Of a DNA stretch of 64,000 nt, positions 27,411 through 37,251 are shown in pieces. Source of the stretch: Marinicella sp. GTDB lineage: Bacteria; Pseudomonadota; Gammaproteobacteria; Xanthomonadales; Marinicellaceae. The stretch covers positions 640,001-704,000 of the forward strand of contig OZ246001.1 in the NCBI GenBank assembly GCA_965230295.1, in the 5' to 3' direction. Each line of letters opens with the position of its first letter. Within the stretch, counting starts at the first letter, position 1. The translations under genes were made by a program, and so were the position numbers. The notes under the pieces are model-generated. The model had not been told where the DNA came from, searched no databases, and was given only the letters and a program-made list of their open reading frames with translations.

Positions 27411-28796
27411 ATGAAATATATGAAGATATTATTGTTGGCAGTCGTTTCGACTTCGGTTATGGCTGTACCATTAACAACGGAGTTTACTTTTCAGGGTGAG
27501 TTGATAGACTCAGGATCACCAGCCAATGGTGACTTCGACGTAAACTTCAGGTTGTACGATACTGCAGCCGGCGGTTCGGAAGTTGGTACTGTAGTATTTG
27601 TAGACGATTTAACTGTGAGTAACGGTTTGATCCAAACCGACATCGATTTTGGAGATGTACCATTCATGGGAGAGGCTGTTTGGGTACAGGTTGAAATCAG
27701 GCCGGGTACCAGTGTGGGAGCCTTTGAGGTTTTGAGCCCAAGACAAAAGGTCACATTAACACCATATTCAATACAGTCTATGTTTGTTGCCGATGGTGGC
27801 GTCACTTCCAGCAGCATCGCTAATGATGCTGTGGGTACCGCAGAAATTGATTCATCAGAAGTACAACAACGCGTTTCAGGAACCTGCCCAGTGGGTTCTG
27901 CCATGCGTGTGATCAATGAATCTGGGACAGTGACTTGTCAAGCAGCAGATGACAATGACTGGAGTATCGTGGGCAATTTCACCAGTTCAAACACACCTTT
28001 TGTGGGAATCAATACCACCAGCAGTATCGGCTCAGGATCATTCATGGTCAAAAGTCCTTTTTCAGATACATTCGGTGGCATGTTTGTGGATGTGGATGGC
28101 ACAGGATTTGAACAACCATTTTATGGCTATGCCACCAATGGTAGTTTTCGGGCATGGTCAGAATTCAATGAAAACGCCGATCAAATACGCTTCAATATCA
28201 ATAACAGCTACAAATTGGCCCTAGACAGCAATGGAAGATTGGGTGTTAATGAAACCAACCCACAACGAAACCTGCATGTGGACGGGAATGCAAGAATTGA
28301 AGATTTGGGTTTTGTTGGGTCTGGTCGTGCACAGGTCTTGGTCGAACCTGATGGTGATCTCGTCACAGGTCCCACAACACACACCATTGCCGTTCCACCG
28401 GCCGCTTTCACCGTTGAAGAGCCAGGTGACAGTTTTCAAAAAGTTTTGGGTAACGGACATGCCTTTATTCTGAGTGGTTTTGGTGCCTTATCAGCACCGG
28501 TGTATTTACCGGATGGCGCTGTTGTGACACGAGTGGATGTATGGTATCTGGACAATTCTGTTCAGGACTTGACTTTACGGCTCAGGCGCTCATCTCACAC
28601 TTCGATCAGTAACAGTGACCTGGCTGCTATTCTACCCAGCGGGAGTGTGGCAGGTATTCGTACCGCAGCGGATACCAGCATCAGTGTTCCAACGATTGAC
28701 AATGATGCCTTTTCCTATTATTTCAGGGTCTTTTCAAGCAATTGGACAGGTGTCAACATGGGTATCAGGGCCGTGAAGATCACATACAGATTATAA
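27411..28796 (+). CDS. secreted mosaic fibre/adhesin-like protein
   Basis: Signal peptide; N-terminal FTFQGEL..FRLYD..NGLI..IDFG domain; V(T/G)xxxI repeats; QRVSGTCP..GTVTC; tail-fibre-like GRLGVNETNP..LHVDG; beta-rich C-terminus. Confidence 0.75.
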   Translation: MKYMKILLLAVVSTSVMAVPLTTEFTFQGELIDSGSPANGDFDVNFRLYDTAAGGSEVGTVVFVDDLTVSNGLIQTDIDFGDVPFMGEAVWVQVEIRPGTSVGAFEVLSPRQKVTLTPYSIQSMFVADGGVTSSSIANDAVGTAEIDSSEVQQRVSGTCPVGSAMRVINESGTVTCQAADDNDWSIVGNFTSSNTPFVGINTTSSIGSGSFMVKSPFSDTFGGMFVDVDGTGFEQPFYGYATNGSFRAWSEFNENADQIRFNINNSYKLALDSNGRLGVNETNPQRNLHVDGNARIEDLGFVGSGRAQVLVEPDGDLVTGPTTHTIAVPPAAFTVEEPGDSFQKVLGNGHAFILSGFGALSAPVYLPDGAVVTRVDVWYLDNSVQDLTLRLRRSSHTSISNSDLAAILPSGSVAGIRTAADTSISVPTIDNDAFSYYFRVFSSNWTGVNMGIRAVKITYRL

Positions 28797-28818
28797 AGTT
28801 GATTGACAGAATAAAGAC

Positions 28819-28848
28819 ATCACACAGGCATGTCTTGTCTGTGTGATT
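28819..28848 (+). terminator. putative terminator of the adaptor-fibre operon
   Basis: ATCACACAGGCA-tgtct-TGTCTGTGTGAT stem followed by T residues. Confidence 0.5.
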
Positions 28849-28964
28849 TCAGGGTATTGAATAAACAGTTTAAACGCAATTAAAAACCACATGCTCAGAA
28901 ACGAGAAAACCCCATGGTTTGGGGCTTCCTAGATCATTCTTTAAGTTTTATTCTAAGGTGTCAG

Positions 28965-29438
28965 TTAGAACGGGATTTCGTCATCAAAGTCATCGAAATT
29001 CGGTGCCGGGTTGTTGTTTTGTTGTTGCTGTTGGTTGTTGGCTCTGGGTGCAGATGGCATGGACTGACCACCACCGCCAAAACCACCTGATCCGGAATCG
29101 CCACCTCTGCCACCCAGCATTTGCATTTCATTGGCCAGGATTTCTGTGGTGTAACGGTCTTGACCGTTCTGGTCTTGCCATTTGTTGGTCCTCAACTTGC
29201 CTTCAATGTAGACTTGGCTGCCTTTTTTCAGGTATTCACCGGCTATTTCAGCCAAACGGCTAAAAAACACCACACGGTGCCATTCTGTTTTTTCTTGTCT
29301 GTTGCCTTCCTTGTCTTTCCAGCTTTCTGTGGTTGCCACAGAAATGGTGGTTACTGCTGCGCCAGCTGGGGTGTACCTGACTTCAGGATCATTTCCTAAA
29401 TTGCCAACCAAGATGACTTTGTTGATGCCTCTTGCCAT
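28965..29438 (-). CDS. ssb: single-stranded DNA-binding protein
   Basis: [15 protein letters not shown]...DFDDEIPF. Confidence 0.98.
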   Translation of the reverse strand: MARGINKVILVGNLGNDPEVRYTPAGAAVTTISVATTESWKDKEGNRQEKTEWHRVVFFSRLAEIAGEYLKKGSQVYIEGKLRTNKWQDQNGQDRYTTEILANEMQMLGGRGGDSGSGGFGGGGQSMPSAPRANNQQQQQNNNPAPNFDDFDDEIPF

Positions 29439-29623
29439 GATGTGGTTCCTAAAATTTAAAGGTAGATTATAGGGTGCACCTTGATCTGATTCAACAGCGT
29501 ATCTTGATTTAGAATGAGATAAAACACCCTACGTGTGAGAAATCATTGACGGGTAAATAAGAATACAGCTAAAGATAATGAGGGTTCAAATTCAGACAAT
29601 GGCTTTTATTTGGAGCAAAAGCA

Positions 29624-30148
29624 ATGAAACGGATCCCACAGCAAGGGTTTACTTTGATTGAATTGATCATCGCATTAAGTATGTTGTCGATATTGACAGC
29701 CTATGCCATACCCAATTACCGAACTTTTAAATTAAACAAAAGCATGACCACAGAAGTGAATCGCTTGGTGGCCACCATCAATTATGCAAGGAGCAAAAGC
29801 ATCATTCTTCAAGAACATGTGATCCTGTGTGCCACCGAATCTTACATCAGTTGCGACGGCAACAGTCAATGGCACCTGGGGTGGATGGTGTTTGTAGACT
29901 TTGACCGAAACAAGGTGTTTGGCGAGAATGACCTGATGCTGCAAAATGAAATCAGCATGACCGGAAACTTAACGGCCAGAACTTCGCAATTCAGACCCCG
30001 GATCAGGTTTGATCAAACCGGGTTTGCACCAGGTACCAACTTAACCATACGATTTTGTGATGAGCGCGGCCAGGAGCATGGCAAAGCCATCGTGATCAGC
30101 AATGTAGGACGCCCCCGAGTGGCTCAATCAATCAACACCTGTGGTTGA
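29624..30148 (+). CDS. fimT: FimT/GspH family minor pilin (orphan)
   Basis: Prepilin cleavage site QQG/FTLIEL; YARSKSI, WHLGWMVFVD; C-terminal GRPR. Confidence 0.82.
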   Translation: MKRIPQQGFTLIELIIALSMLSILTAYAIPNYRTFKLNKSMTTEVNRLVATINYARSKSIILQEHVILCATESYISCDGNSQWHLGWMVFVDFDRNKVFGENDLMLQNEISMTGNLTARTSQFRPRIRFDQTGFAPGTNLTIRFCDERGQEHGKAIVISNVGRPRVAQSINTCG

Positions 30149-30149
30149 G

Positions 30150-30476
30150 TTAATTGGTGGTAAAACTTTCGCCACAGCCACATGAACCTGTGGCATTGGG
30201 GTTTTTATAGACAAAGATTTGGTTGATGCCTTGTTTCTCATAGTCAATCACAGTGCCTTGAACCTTATCGATGGCATCTTTGGGGACGATCAACGTCACA
30301 CCTTTGTCTTCAAGTGTTACTTCGTCTGCTTTGACTTCATGCGCCAGGGCCACATCGTATCCCCAACCAGAACAACCCATCTTTTTCACAGCCACCCTGA
30401 AACCAAGAGCGGCTTCATCCAATGACATGAAGTGTAAGATCCTATCTGCGGCTTGTTGGGTTAATTGTAATGACAT
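30150..30476 (-). CDS. HesB/IscA family Fe-S carrier
   Basis: GCSG and NPNA..SCGCGESF motifs; start moved to MSLQLT. Confidence 0.92.
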   Translation of the reverse strand: MSLQLTQQAADRILHFMSLDEAALGFRVAVKKMGCSGWGYDVALAHEVKADEVTLEDKGVTLIVPKDAIDKVQGTVIDYEKQGINQIFVYKNPNATGSCGCGESFTTN

Positions 30477-30585
30477 GGTTTTTAAATGTTTTCCTAGGTC
30501 AATGATTAATATGCGGGAGTTTACGCTGAATTCAAGAAAAATTGTAGTGAGAATTGAGATATATACAGCAGTTTTTCTCTTGGGC

Positions 30586-30616
30586 AAAAAAAAACAGCAA
30601 CCTTCCTTGGCTGCTG
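30586..30616 (-). terminator. rho-independent terminator after the phasin gene
   Basis: Minus strand CAGCAGCC-aaggaa-GGTTGCTG followed by T9. Confidence 0.8.
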
Positions 30617-30659
30617 CTGGGGGACGAGGTACAAACTCGTGATTGATTATGCGCTTAAA

Positions 30660-31055
30660 TTAAGCGGCTTTTTTCTCAATCTTTTTGATTTCTTTGATCA
30701 AAGTTTCAACACGCTTGCTCAAACCTTTCAAATCATCTGCAGTTGGGATGTCCAATTTGTTCAAGGCACTTTCAACTTTGGTTTCAAAGACGTTTTCAAT
30801 TTTGTTGAACTGCTTTGAAGCGATGTTTTTGATGTTGTTTAATTTGCCTTCAGTTTTCTTGGTCAGTTTATCCACTGATTTTTTAGATTTTTTCTCTAAA
30901 GATTGGCCTTCTTTCAATAAGTTGCCATAAAACTTGTTGGCTTCTTTTGAAACATTGTCATAAACTTTAGTGGCTTCTTTCTGTGCGATTGAAACGACAC
31001 CTAAGCCGGCTAATACTGCATTTTTTACTGATTCTTTAACTTGTTTTGTATTCAT
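30660..31055 (-). CDS. phasin-family (PhaF/PhaI-like) granule-associated protein
   Basis: LAGLG...EG..LE, FE.KV..ALNKLDIPT..D...LSKRVETL. Confidence 0.78.
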   Translation of the reverse strand: MNTKQVKESVKNAVLAGLGVVSIAQKEATKVYDNVSKEANKFYGNLLKEGQSLEKKSKKSVDKLTKKTEGKLNNIKNIASKQFNKIENVFETKVESALNKLDIPTADDLKGLSKRVETLIKEIKKIEKKAA

Positions 31056-31172
31056 GTGACACCTCATTAAGTTGTGTTTTATTGTTGATGTGCGTATAGT
31101 AATCAGCAGTTGTAGAGTAAACACACTAAACCACATAATTTTTAAAATAAATCATAAAAATCTTAAAAAATC

Positions 31173-31934
31173 ATGAATATCAATAATTGGGAAAACACCG
31201 AAGATCAATTTATCAAAGCCATGGATGAGGATGAGCTTTTGTCAAACTGGGACCAGTTACATGCAGCCGACCTGGCCACTGCCCCTGAAGGAGAGCTACT
31301 TGCCGCTTGGTTGTTGTTTCATAATGGCCACTATGCACAAGCTGCCGAAGCTGCTCAAGAACTGGGTGCAGCAGGATTGCCGGTGTTGTTGCGTTCAGTG
31401 GTGGCCTACACCGATTACATTTGTGAAGATGAAGAAGAATGCACGCAGCTTTTGGAACAAGCTTATTTAATGGGTGAATCATCTGATACCGATGAAGTCA
31501 ATGGTCTTTTCACCACAGCCTTGGCCATGGGCAGGTACTCACAATCAATTTCTATCACCAAAGCCTTGTCTAAAGGATTGGGTGGCAAAGTCAAAAACAT
31601 CTTAACTGCTGTACTTGAAGCGGAACCGGGTCATGCTGAGGCTCATTTAGCCATGGCCATGTACCATGCTGAAATTATCGATAAAGTCGGTGCCACATTG
31701 GGCGGTTTAACTTATGGCGCGAAACCGAAAATCGCGCACCAACACATTGATCAGGCCCTTGAGTTGGTATCCAATGCCATCAATTTAATCGAGGCAGGCA
31801 ATGCCATGATTTTACTTAAAGGTGATAAAGGTATGGATGAGGCCACAGATTTATACAGCCAGGCAGCTGAAGTTGAGCCATTAGACGCGCTGCAAGCCAT
31901 GGACGTTGATTTTGCCGCCTCTCAACTGGAATGA
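31173..31934 (+). CDS. acidic TPR-like hypothetical protein
   Basis: Helical repeats (AW..FH.G.Y..A; ALAMGRYSQ; P.HAEAHLA); divergent from the phasin gene. Confidence 0.65.
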   Translation: MNINNWENTEDQFIKAMDEDELLSNWDQLHAADLATAPEGELLAAWLLFHNGHYAQAAEAAQELGAAGLPVLLRSVVAYTDYICEDEEECTQLLEQAYLMGESSDTDEVNGLFTTALAMGRYSQSISITKALSKGLGGKVKNILTAVLEAEPGHAEAHLAMAMYHAEIIDKVGATLGGLTYGAKPKIAHQHIDQALELVSNAINLIEAGNAMILLKGDKGMDEATDLYSQAAEVEPLDALQAMDVDFAASQLE

Positions 31935-31958
31935 AATGAACTGCTGTTTTGTTGTGAC

Positions 31959-32870
31959 TTAGGCCAACAAGCCTGCAGGTAACATGGATTCAGCTTTGTC
32001 ACGACTGGAAGTAAAACTGACCACTTCATACGCTGATTCGTCAGCCAACAAAGCCCTGGCCAATTCATTGTTCAATGCATGCCCGGATTTATATCCGTGG
32101 TAGGCACCTATGATGGGATGACCCAACTGATAGATGTCGCCAATGGCGTCCAGCAGTTTATGTCTGACAAATTCCGCTTCATAACGCAATCCATCGTTAT
32201 TCAGGACCCGATAATCATCCAATACGATGGCATTGTCCATACTGCCACCTAAGCCCAGGTTGTTATTACGCAACATTTCAATGTCACGCATAAACCCGAA
32301 TGTTCTGGCTCTGGAAATTTCTTTGATAAATGACTGACTGTTCAAGTCAATATCGGCATGATTGCAATGGTCCTCAAATGCCGGATGATCAAACTCAATA
32401 TCAAATGAAAACATACTGCCTGAATAAGGCTTGAGCGAAGCATGCTTATCAGCCACTTCGATCTTGACTTCTTTTTTGATTTTAATGAATTTTCGTGCGG
32501 CTTTTTGCTCTTCTACACCAGCTGACTGGATTAAAAACACAAAAGGTCCTGCGGAACCATCCATCACCGGCACTTCTGAAGCACTCAAATCAACATAACA
32601 ATTGTCAATATTCATACCGGCAAAAGCTGCCATCAAGTGTTCAACAGTTCCAACTTTGATGCCATTTTTTACCAGTGTGGTGGACATGCTGGTCTCACCA
32701 ACATGGGTCGCCATGGCTTTGATTGAAACCGGACGTTTGTAGTCGACACGGCGAAACACAATCCCGGTATCAACTGGTGCTGGTCTTAAAGTGATGAATA
32801 CTTTTTGTCCCGAATGTATCCCTACACCCGTTGCTCTGACGGTATTTTTTAAGGTTTTTTGTGTAATCAT
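31959..32870 (-). CDS. lpxC: UDP-3-O-acyl-GlcNAc deacetylase
   Basis: [23 protein letters not shown]. Confidence 0.97.
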   Translation of the reverse strand: MITQKTLKNTVRATGVGIHSGQKVFITLRPAPVDTGIVFRRVDYKRPVSIKAMATHVGETSMSTTLVKNGIKVGTVEHLMAAFAGMNIDNCYVDLSASEVPVMDGSAGPFVFLIQSAGVEEQKAARKFIKIKKEVKIEVADKHASLKPYSGSMFSFDIEFDHPAFEDHCNHADIDLNSQSFIKEISRARTFGFMRDIEMLRNNNLGLGGSMDNAIVLDDYRVLNNDGLRYEAEFVRHKLLDAIGDIYQLGHPIIGAYHGYKSGHALNNELARALLADESAYEVVSFTSSRDKAESMLPAGLLA

Positions 32871-33018
32871 AGGCGAATATTACTGATTGTTATAATCAAT
32901 TTTTGTGAATTGTATCACACTGATGACATCAATCAACGGCTTTTGTGGTATTTTTACAACGACTGTGACTTTTATGCCACAAAATCCAGCGTACACCAAT
33001 CCAGTCCGATGTGAACTT

Positions 33019-33053
33019 AAAAGGTGCCGGCCACAGGAGGTGGTGTGGCCGGC
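33019..33053 (-). terminator. hairpin/terminator between ftsZ and lpxC
   Basis: Perfect 10-bp stem GCCGGCCACA/TGTGGCCGGC, followed on the minus strand by ACCTTTT. Confidence 0.55.
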
Positions 33054-33139
33054 TAAGTTGACGTTTTATGCTGACGACCTAAACGGGGTGATTCGGCCGA
33101 CTTATCGTTATTATTCTTAACCTGATCAATTCACACACA

Positions 33140-34318
33140 TCAATCCAGTTGATTCCTTAAAAATGTTGGAATGTCTAAATAATCATCGTTCTCAACATCG
33201 GCTTTACCATCTCGCAGTTGATCAATCACTGCTTGACCACTGCCGCTGGTAGCTGCCGGGGCCACTTCCTGGTCATCTCGAGTGGCTCTGATGGGTTGCT
33301 CAACGCGATTGTTGGTGGCATTGCGCACAATTTCAACCGACTTGAATTGCTTTTGTTTAACGGTCTTGTTCAAACCAGTGGCCACCACAGTCACTCTGAT
33401 TTCATCCTTCATATCCATATCAATCGATGTACCCACAACCACTGTGGCTTCATCAGAAGCATACTCTTTGATCAAATCACCAATTTCTTCATATTCACCA
33501 ATGGTCATATCCATGCCAGCTGTGATGTTAACCAAAACACCGTTGGCACCATGCATATCAATGTCTTCCAACAGGGGTGAATTCATGGCCAATTCGGTGG
33601 CCGCAGCGGCTCGGTCATCGCCTTTTCCAGCGCCTGAGCCCATCATGGCCATACCCATTTCTGACATCACTGTTTTGACATCAGCGAAATCAACATTGAC
33701 CAAACCCGGGCAAGTGATCAACTCAGCGATGCCTTGAACAGCACCTTGCAACACGTCATTGGCTGCTTTGAATGCATTCAGCAAAGTCACATCACGGCCA
33801 AAGTGAGTTAATAACTTGGCATTAGGAATGGTGATTAACGAATCCACATGCTGCTCAAGGTCCTGGATACCTTTGTTGGCCACATCCATTCTTCTCTTGC
33901 CTTCAAAAGGAAATGGCTTGGTCACCACTGCCACCGTTAAAATGCCCATTTCTTTGGCAATTTGAGCAATCACTGGTGCCGCTCCGGTCCCAGTACCACC
34001 ACCCATACCTGCTGTGATGAATACCATATCGGTGTTGGCCAAACACTCTTTCAAGTTTTCTGTATCCTCCAAAGCGGCTTGTCTTCCCACTTCCGGGTTG
34101 GCGCCTGCGCCCAAGCCTTTGGTGACATTTTGGCCAATTCTGACCACATTTTTACAATGGGTCTTTTCCAAGGCCTGCATATCAGTATTGGCGCAGATGA
34201 ATTCCACACCATCGATGTCAGCCTCAACCATCTGTTGTACGGTGTTACCACCGCCGCCGCCAACGCCAATCACTTTGATGACTGCGCCGTTGTCTTCTGT
34301 TTCCATTAATTCAAACAT
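33140..34318 (-). CDS. ftsZ: cell division protein FtsZ
   Basis: GGGTGTG; C-terminal DYLDIPTFLR. Confidence 0.98.
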   Translation of the reverse strand: MFELMETEDNGAVIKVIGVGGGGGNTVQQMVEADIDGVEFICANTDMQALEKTHCKNVVRIGQNVTKGLGAGANPEVGRQAALEDTENLKECLANTDMVFITAGMGGGTGTGAAPVIAQIAKEMGILTVAVVTKPFPFEGKRRMDVANKGIQDLEQHVDSLITIPNAKLLTHFGRDVTLLNAFKAANDVLQGAVQGIAELITCPGLVNVDFADVKTVMSEMGMAMMGSGAGKGDDRAAAATELAMNSPLLEDIDMHGANGVLVNITAGMDMTIGEYEEIGDLIKEYASDEATVVVGTSIDMDMKDEIRVTVVATGLNKTVKQKQFKSVEIVRNATNNRVEQPIRATRDDQEVAPAATSGSGQAVIDQLRDGKADVENDDYLDIPTFLRNQLD

Positions 34319-34383
34319 GTTATATACCTCCGATCATTATTTTTAATCTCATTGATGATTATTCGATTGCTCATTGCAGTCCC

Positions 34384-35607
34384 TCAGTAATCACCTAAAA
34401 ACCACTTTTTAAATTGATGTAACCAACCTTCTGATTCCATCACAGTGTCGGTAACGAAGTCTGTGTTACCGCCATATTGCAACAATCCAACACCCGTGGC
34501 ATGTACTGGATTATTAACAACCTCTTTCAATCCAGCCACATCGACTGGTAAGCCCAAACGTACGGGCACATGAAATATTTCTTCTGCCAACTCGACAGCA
34601 CCTTCCATTCTGGAGGCCCCACCGGTCAGTACAATGCCAGCTGCTATCAAATCTATGTAGCCACTGCGTTGTAAATCAGCTTGCACCAAGCTGAATAATT
34701 CTTCATATCTGGGTTCCACCACTTCAGCCAGCGTTTGTCGAGCCAATCGCCTGGGTTGACGATCACCGACACTGGGCACTGAAATGGTTTCTTCTGCTGA
34801 TGCCAATTGACGTAAAGCGCAAGCATATTTCAACTTGATATCCTCAGCATGTTGGGTCGGCGTACGCATCGATACAGCAATGTCATTGGTCACCTGATCA
34901 CCAGCAATGGGGATGGCCGATACATGCCTGATGGCGCCATTGGTGAATACGGCTATGTCAGTGGTCCCTGCTCCGATGTCGACCATACAAACGCCCAATT
35001 CTTTTTCATCTTCAGTCAACACCGCAGTAGATGAGGCCAACTGTTCGACAATCATTTGATCCACCGACAAACCACAACGGGCCACACACTTGGTGATGTT
35101 CTGCGCTGCGCTTTCCGAACCAGTGATTAAATGTACACGTGCTTCTAATCGCACACCTGACATCCCGATGGGATGCCTGATGCCATCTTGGCCATCAATG
35201 ACATATTCTTGTGGCAACACATGCAGCACTTTCTGATCATTGGGAATGGGGACTGCTTTGGCAGCATCCAATACCTTTTCAACGTCAGTTTTACTGACTT
35301 CTTTATCTTTAATGGCCACAATGCCATCTGAATTGATGCTGCGGATGTGGCTACCTGCTATGCCCACATAAACTGACTGAATTTCACAACCCGCCATTAA
35401 CTCTGCCTCTTCGATGGCTCTTTTGATTGATTGCACGGTTGATTCGATATCAACAACCACACCCCGTTTCAACCCACGGGAGGGCGATGAACCGATACCA
35501 ACCACTTCAATTGAACCATCAGGGTGGTGTTCACCAACAATGGCAACCACTTTGGAAGTACCAATGTCTAAACCAACCTGTAATTTTGTTTCATGCTTCT
35601 TTGCCAT
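34384..35607 (-). CDS. ftsA: cell division protein FtsA
   Basis: GLDIGTSKV, DIGAGTTD, LTGG. Confidence 0.97.
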   Translation of the reverse strand: MAKKHETKLQVGLDIGTSKVVAIVGEHHPDGSIEVVGIGSSPSRGLKRGVVVDIESTVQSIKRAIEEAELMAGCEIQSVYVGIAGSHIRSINSDGIVAIKDKEVSKTDVEKVLDAAKAVPIPNDQKVLHVLPQEYVIDGQDGIRHPIGMSGVRLEARVHLITGSESAAQNITKCVARCGLSVDQMIVEQLASSTAVLTEDEKELGVCMVDIGAGTTDIAVFTNGAIRHVSAIPIAGDQVTNDIAVSMRTPTQHAEDIKLKYACALRQLASAEETISVPSVGDRQPRRLARQTLAEVVEPRYEELFSLVQADLQRSGYIDLIAAGIVLTGGASRMEGAVELAEEIFHVPVRLGLPVDVAGLKEVVNNPVHATGVGLLQYGGNTDFVTDTVMESEGWLHQFKKWFLGDY

Positions 35608-35609
35608 TT

Positions 35610-36350
35610 TTATCCCATGTCTCGCAAACCAAAGTTAAACTTCTTCATCGTCATTTCATTGCCTTCACGCCACTTGACCACATAGCCATTGCTGTAACGC
35701 AAATCCACCCTTTCAGGCAAACGATCGGAAGCAGCCAATAACTGTTCCCATGTTTCTGCCAATCGCAACACCCTGGCTTCATGTTTCTCAGATCCCAGCA
35801 AAACTTCTAATCCATTTCTGAGGATCAGTTGCCAATCGCCTCGTTCATTGACCCTGGCTTCATTGATTTCATAACCCACCGGTTTCAACAGTTGGTTAAA
35901 GCGCTTGAAATGTTGCAGCGTGATTTCAGAGTTTTCACTGATACCATATATTCTGGGTAATGCCTTGAGGTGATCAACAGCATCCACTTTGAACACTTCA
36001 CCCGATTGATTCAACAAATCGTTACCATTCCAAATGGCGATGGCCTGATGTTCCTTTATAGTAATTTTCAGGGTGTTCGGCCATTGCTTCACAACATGTG
36101 CATAGCGAACCCAAGACATCGATTCAATGTTGTCTTTAACCTGTTCTGCATCCAGTCTAAAAAAAGAACGCTCTGGTGTTTTAGCGACCATCAGCCGCAA
36201 CTGCTCTGGTGTGATTCTTTCATATTCTGCGGCCACTTCTAATTGAGTGATGCGCCAGCGATCGGATTGAATCAAACCACTCATCATTGCCACAACCAGT
36301 AACAACACCAACAAAGAAAAAATAATGGTCAGTTGCAATGTCTTACTCAT
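35610..36350 (-). CDS. ftsQ: cell division protein FtsQ
   Basis: TM, POTRA (WV....V.KQWPNTL), VDLRYSNG; position in dcw. Confidence 0.9.
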   Translation of the reverse strand: MSKTLQLTIIFSLLVLLLVVAMMSGLIQSDRWRITQLEVAAEYERITPEQLRLMVAKTPERSFFRLDAEQVKDNIESMSWVRYAHVVKQWPNTLKITIKEHQAIAIWNGNDLLNQSGEVFKVDAVDHLKALPRIYGISENSEITLQHFKRFNQLLKPVGYEINEARVNERGDWQLILRNGLEVLLGSEKHEARVLRLAETWEQLLAASDRLPERVDLRYSNGYVVKWREGNEMTMKKFNFGLRDMG

Positions 36351-37251
36351 CACCACCTCCCTGCTCTGCTGTTGACAAGATGGTTGCCACCAATTGTTTG
36401 AAATCCCAGCCATAGACAGCAGCGGCTTTAGGCAAGAGGCTGTTGTTGGTCATCCCAGGTGTGGTGTTGACTTCCAAGAACCAACGCCTGCCTTGTTCGT
36501 CAATGATGAAATCAACTCGACACCAACCTCTGATTTTCAATGCTTGGTAAGCGGTTTTGGCATCTTCCTGTAAAGCCAATTGCCACTTTTCAGCAAAGTT
36601 TGCCGGGCAGTGGTATTGGGTTTCTGAACTTTGGTACTTGGCCTGGTAATCGTACAACTCCGAGGCCGGCACGATGCTGACAACAGGTAACACCACATTT
36701 CCCACCACGCCAACAGTGCATTCAATGCCCTCAATGTAATCTTCCACCAATAAGCTCTCAGCCACTTCAAAAGCACTGGCAACAGCTTGTCTAAGTTCTG
36801 CTTCGTTGTTGGCCTTATATAACCCCACACTTGATCCTTCTGTGGCAGGTTTAACAATCCAAGGCCCAGTTCCCTGGACATCCAATTCATCCGGGGAATT
36901 TAACAATTGACTTTTTGGTGTCAACAAACCTGCTTGTGCAACCAGTGTTTTCGCCAAGTCTTTGTGCCAGCTGACGCAGGCTCCACTGAAATCGCCACAT
37001 GTTGACCGGTATCCTTCCAAATTCAACCAAGCAGCCAGTTGGCCATCTTCACCATCGGCACCATGTAAAATATTGAAGACCACATCAATGTCATTTTTAT
37101 CAATCCGCTTCAAGGCTTCCAAGTCATTGACCTTCAACACTTGATGCCCCAATGCAATCAATGCTTGCTCAACAGCGGCGCCAGACTGTAAAGAAACCGA
37201 ACTTTCTGCTGTTGAACCGCCCATCAATAAAGCCACCGATAATTCAGCCAT
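36343..37251 (-). CDS. ddl: D-alanine--D-alanine ligase
   Basis: LHGADGEDG, VKPATEGSS, YDYQAKY, LEVNTTPGMT. Confidence 0.95.
   Translation of the reverse strand: MAELSVALLMGGSTAESSVSLQSGAAVEQALIALGHQVLKVNDLEALKRIDKNDIDVVFNILHGADGEDGQLAAWLNLEGYRSTCGDFSGACVSWHKDLAKTLVAQAGLLTPKSQLLNSPDELDVQGTGPWIVKPATEGSSVGLYKANNEAELRQAVASAFEVAESLLVEDYIEGIECTVGVVGNVVLPVVSIVPASELYDYQAKYQSSETQYHCPANFAEKWQLALQEDAKTAYQALKIRGWCRVDFIIDEQGRRWFLEVNTTPGMTNNSLLPKAAAVYGWDFKQLVATILSTAEQGGGDE

Noticed and set aside
27411-28796. Prophage remnant suggested by tail-fibre-like motifs
   Set aside because: The protein has a Sec signal peptide and there are no phage genes, integrase or att sites nearby.
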